Notes under the pieces: generated by a model
Database searches by the model: none
What the model saw: only the letters and a program-made list of their open reading frames with translations
What the model was told of the DNA's origin: nothing
Program-made: the position numbers and the translations under genes
Assembly: GCA_964610875.1 (NCBI GenBank)
Contig: CAZSWP010000071.1
Span: 1 to 10,169, forward strand
DNA: 10,169 bases
From: an uncultured archaeon
GTDB lineage: Archaea > Asgardarchaeota > Thorarchaeia > Thorarchaeales > Thorarchaeaceae
Direction of reading: 5' to 3'
In this document: positions 7,565 to 10,169 of the stretch, piece after piece
Position numbering within the stretch: position 1 is the first letter of the stretch
How the letters are laid out: the number at the start of each line of letters is the position of its first letter

Positions 7565-9367
7565 ATGCGAATATATCTAGATGCAAATTTCTTCATATCG
7601 GGATTCAGCGATAGACCAAAAGACGTCTTTCTAATCAAAGAAGCTTGTGAACAAGTAGGTATGGAACTATGGACAACAAGGCAGGTTTTTCAAGAGCTTC
7701 GATGGTACCTCCGTCGAGAAGTTGAACAAATCATTTCTATTGAGGAAACTCTGAAGAAAGACATCAAAGAATTCATGAGCAGTATTCCGAGACCTGAGTC
7801 TAGTCTTCCTCAGGCAAATGATATGTCATTAATCCTAGCAGCTATGCGAAGTAAGAATTCAAAGATTGTCACCAGTGATCTGAAGCTCCTCAACACAATT
7901 CAGGATTTGAAAGTCAAGGCTGACGGTATTGTGGGCTCAGCATTTGTCCTTGAACTTGTTGAGAAACTCGAAGATGAAAAACTGAAAAAGCAGCTGATTA
8001 AGATTCGTGAGAGAATTTATGGTGAGGAAGTTAGGTATAGTATCTCACGACAGGAATCATATGACCCGGTCACTAGGATTAGAATTATTGAAGAACATGC
8101 AATGAAGGTTTTACGGACAGTTAAGCGCCCCGCTGAAGCATTGGAACCAAAACTTGCTAAAGGACAACCTTTGTTTGTTTTAGACTTCCTTGAGGATATC
8201 AAAGCAGGCATTCCCACTATGTTTGAAGATTTCAAGCTTGGAAAATATGATGTTCTTGCTAATGAGATTGAAGCAGTGCAGAACGAGATTGAACGTTTAC
8301 TCATTGTTTCAACATTGACTGAAGAACGTGACACTCACGACCAATTAGTTGGTCATGCTGCAGACCTGACGTTATTTCTATATTATTTGGAAACGATATG
8401 TCATCTCTATCGAGGCACACGCGATGGAGTTGAAGATGCTCTTGCTGTAAGCGATGAAGCATTTCGACTTCTTATGTTCACAGGCGTGCAAGATGATGCA
8501 CTGAAAGCTTCTGTGTTCTTTGCGAGAATCTTGATATCTCTAATACGTGAAGACTATGAGGATATTGATTACTTCTATAGTCTCTACGATTCGATGTTGA
8601 AGAGAACTGGTCTTGAAGACATGATGGAAACCTCAGAAGGACTCTATGTCACTATGCAGATTTTGAGGGAATTCATGGGTGGATTCTCCCTGACAAAGAG
8701 TCGCCTTGAGTATCCTGATGCAACAATTGCGATGCTTAATGACATTTCTAAATATTGTATCCAGTTTGATGACCATGACAATGCTTGGCAATTGTCAGTA
8801 AATGCGTACAAGATTGGTGTGGCATATGGTAAGGAGGACGCAGCACTCGCATCTTTCCAAATGTTATACAAGGTGTCATCCTCGTCACATGACCGGTTCA
8901 AACCTGCCCTCGAAAAGATAGCAGAAAATGCACTGAAGATGTTTGTAAAGAAAGGATGGAAAACCTCTGAAGTAACACCCATTCTCAATGAGGTTCAGGG
9001 TAACATCCCTCCTATGGAATTGAAAATCACAGAAGGAAGGCAGTCCTTTGAAAAATTGCCTGATGAACTAAAAGGTTGGATGGATGTGCTTTCGCTTGAA
9101 CAGATTGATGATACAATCACGATGATTGTCCGCAATGACTCAATTCAGGCAAGAGTAGGCATTGTTGTTTCGGGGCATCCTGAACTACACGAATTGAGGA
9201 CTGGTCATAAAGTTGCTCTAACACACGGTGAATTCACAATTCGGAAGGCATCGGATGAAGTTATTAAGAGATATGCAGTAATGTTAATCGTAGAGCCTTC
9301 AGAATCAGCTGAAATCTCCTACGAGGGCGAATATGGATTCAGCTACTTGAAGGTTGCTGGAGCATAA
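7565..9367 (+). CDS. PIN-domain nuclease with a long helical (TPR-like) region and a putative C-terminal OB-like domain
   Basis: PIN acidic tetrad is intact: IYLD6AN, VFQE44L, AND86MSLI, IVTSD105. Aa ~135-480 are amphipathic helices; aa ~500-600 are beta-rich. SD GGTGA at 7551-7555. Confidence 0.85.
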   Translation: MRIYLDANFFISGFSDRPKDVFLIKEACEQVGMELWTTRQVFQELRWYLRREVEQIISIEETLKKDIKEFMSSIPRPESSLPQANDMSLILAAMRSKNSKIVTSDLKLLNTIQDLKVKADGIVGSAFVLELVEKLEDEKLKKQLIKIRERIYGEEVRYSISRQESYDPVTRIRIIEEHAMKVLRTVKRPAEALEPKLAKGQPLFVLDFLEDIKAGIPTMFEDFKLGKYDVLANEIEAVQNEIERLLIVSTLTEERDTHDQLVGHAADLTLFLYYLETICHLYRGTRDGVEDALAVSDEAFRLLMFTGVQDDALKASVFFARILISLIREDYEDIDYFYSLYDSMLKRTGLEDMMETSEGLYVTMQILREFMGGFSLTKSRLEYPDATIAMLNDISKYCIQFDDHDNAWQLSVNAYKIGVAYGKEDAALASFQMLYKVSSSSHDRFKPALEKIAENALKMFVKKGWKTSEVTPILNEVQGNIPPMELKITEGRQSFEKLPDELKGWMDVLSLEQIDDTITMIVRNDSIQARVGIVVSGHPELHELRTGHKVALTHGEFTIRKASDEVIKRYAVMLIVEPSESAEISYEGEYGFSYLKVAGA

Positions 9368-9393
9368 ATCACGAACATCGAGGATAAACAAAA

Positions 9394-9789
9394 ATGGACC
9401 CATTCATCATATTGGTAATTGTAGTTGGAATAATGATAGCGTCATATTTCAATTATCTATTGAACCGCGCCCCCGGTTCTGATCCTGATGACTTTCAAGT
9501 TGGTCCTTCTGAACTCAATATCACATGTGACTGTTATCTCAATACTCTCATAATTGGTGGTATAGTTGTCATTGCTATAGCCGCTTCGTCATCTTATTTT
9601 GATGGCAGATTGGAACTCTATACAGTTGGAATTCTGGCTTTTACCATCATCACCGTAGCAGGGATTCTTGGAAGACGCCAAAGATATGCTGAATGGCGTG
9701 AGTTACACAAGGTATTCAAGAGAGTCGTCAAGAAGTCTAAGATCAAGACTGCAGATGCAATCTTCGACGAAGACCCAGAGGATTATTAA
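9394..9789 (+). CDS. Small hypothetical membrane protein (3 TM, CxC motif, basic then acidic tail)
   Basis: Three hydrophobic segments, ITCDCY before TM2, GAGG SD, 26 nt downstream of the PIN gene on the same strand. Confidence 0.8.
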   Translation: MDPFIILVIVVGIMIASYFNYLLNRAPGSDPDDFQVGPSELNITCDCYLNTLIIGGIVVIAIAASSSYFDGRLELYTVGILAFTIITVAGILGRRQRYAEWRELHKVFKRVVKKSKIKTADAIFDEDPEDY

Positions 9790-9974
9790 ATCAATAATCG
9801 CAATCACAATTAACATAAATTAACCTTTCCATTTTTAGAACACAAACAGCATATTTGGAACGCGAAGAGTCTCACTAGCTTTAAGTGTGAGAATTGTTAG
9901 CACCGTTATAGAGAGGACAGTTTTTCAGTACAAATACTGACTGCATCCGAAAACGTCAACAGTGGGTAGTAACC

Positions 9975-10169
9975 ATGCCACCGAAGAAGCACATTCGTTT
10001 GTTATGCCTTCTACTTCCAATTCTATTTGGAATGATATTTCTGAATCCTAGTGGAACACTCAGTCCGACAAACATCTTCACTGATTCTGAACCTAATCCA
10101 GATCAAAAGATGATACAATACTCTCCAAATAACTCTCCGTCTCTGTCCTCTATTCCAACTGAGAGGACT
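9975..10169 (+). CDS. 5' part of a secreted or membrane-anchored protein (partial)
   Basis: Hand translation gives MPPKKHIRLLCLLLPILFGMIFLNPSGTLSPTNIFTDSEPNPDQKMIQYSPNNSPSLSSIPTERT, open to the window end. It has a basic n-region, a hydrophobic h-region and a P/S/T/N-rich linker. Confidence 0.7.
   Translation, partial: MPPKKHIRLLCLLLPILFGMIFLNPSGTLSPTNIFTDSEPNPDQKMIQYSPNNSPSLSSIPTERT

Noticed and set aside
6788-8988. Short minus-strand ORFs 6788-6979, 8017-8334 and 8644-8988, including as possible antitoxins
   Set aside because: Antisense to well-supported genes, with Ser/Ile-rich shadow composition and no antitoxin-like features.
9789-9840. AATC / AATTAAC micro-repeats after the 3-TM gene as a CRISPR or tandem repeat
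   Set aside because: Low-complexity AT-rich sequence with no regular repeat-spacer periodicity.

Overview
Gene-dense, AT-rich archaeal-style window with GGTG/GGAG ribosome-binding sites, TATA-like boxes and oligo-T terminators. An Asgard archaeal origin is inferred from a C-terminal longin/roadblock-like domain of the type expanded in that group. There are nine probable protein genes, left to right: (1) a partial 2-TM membrane protein missed by the ORF track (-, runs off the left edge); (2) a NUDT22-like Nudix hydrolase (-); (3) a 12-TM MFS transporter fused to a longin/roadblock-like domain (+); (4) a shortened serpin-fold protein with a non-canonical hinge (-); (5) an ADP-forming acyl-CoA synthetase alpha subunit (-); (6) a GT-C (GT87/PIG-M-like) membrane glycosyltransferase (+); (7) a 600-aa PIN nuclease with a helical middle and a putative C-terminal OB fold (+); (8) a small 3-TM CxC protein (+); (9) the start of a secreted or membrane-anchored protein (+, runs off the right edge). 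No RNA genes, CRISPR arrays or mobile elements were recognised. The best leads are the MFS-longin fusion, the PIN-helical-OB protein with its membrane partner, and the minimal serpin. All family assignments come from motif recognition by eye, with no database search.
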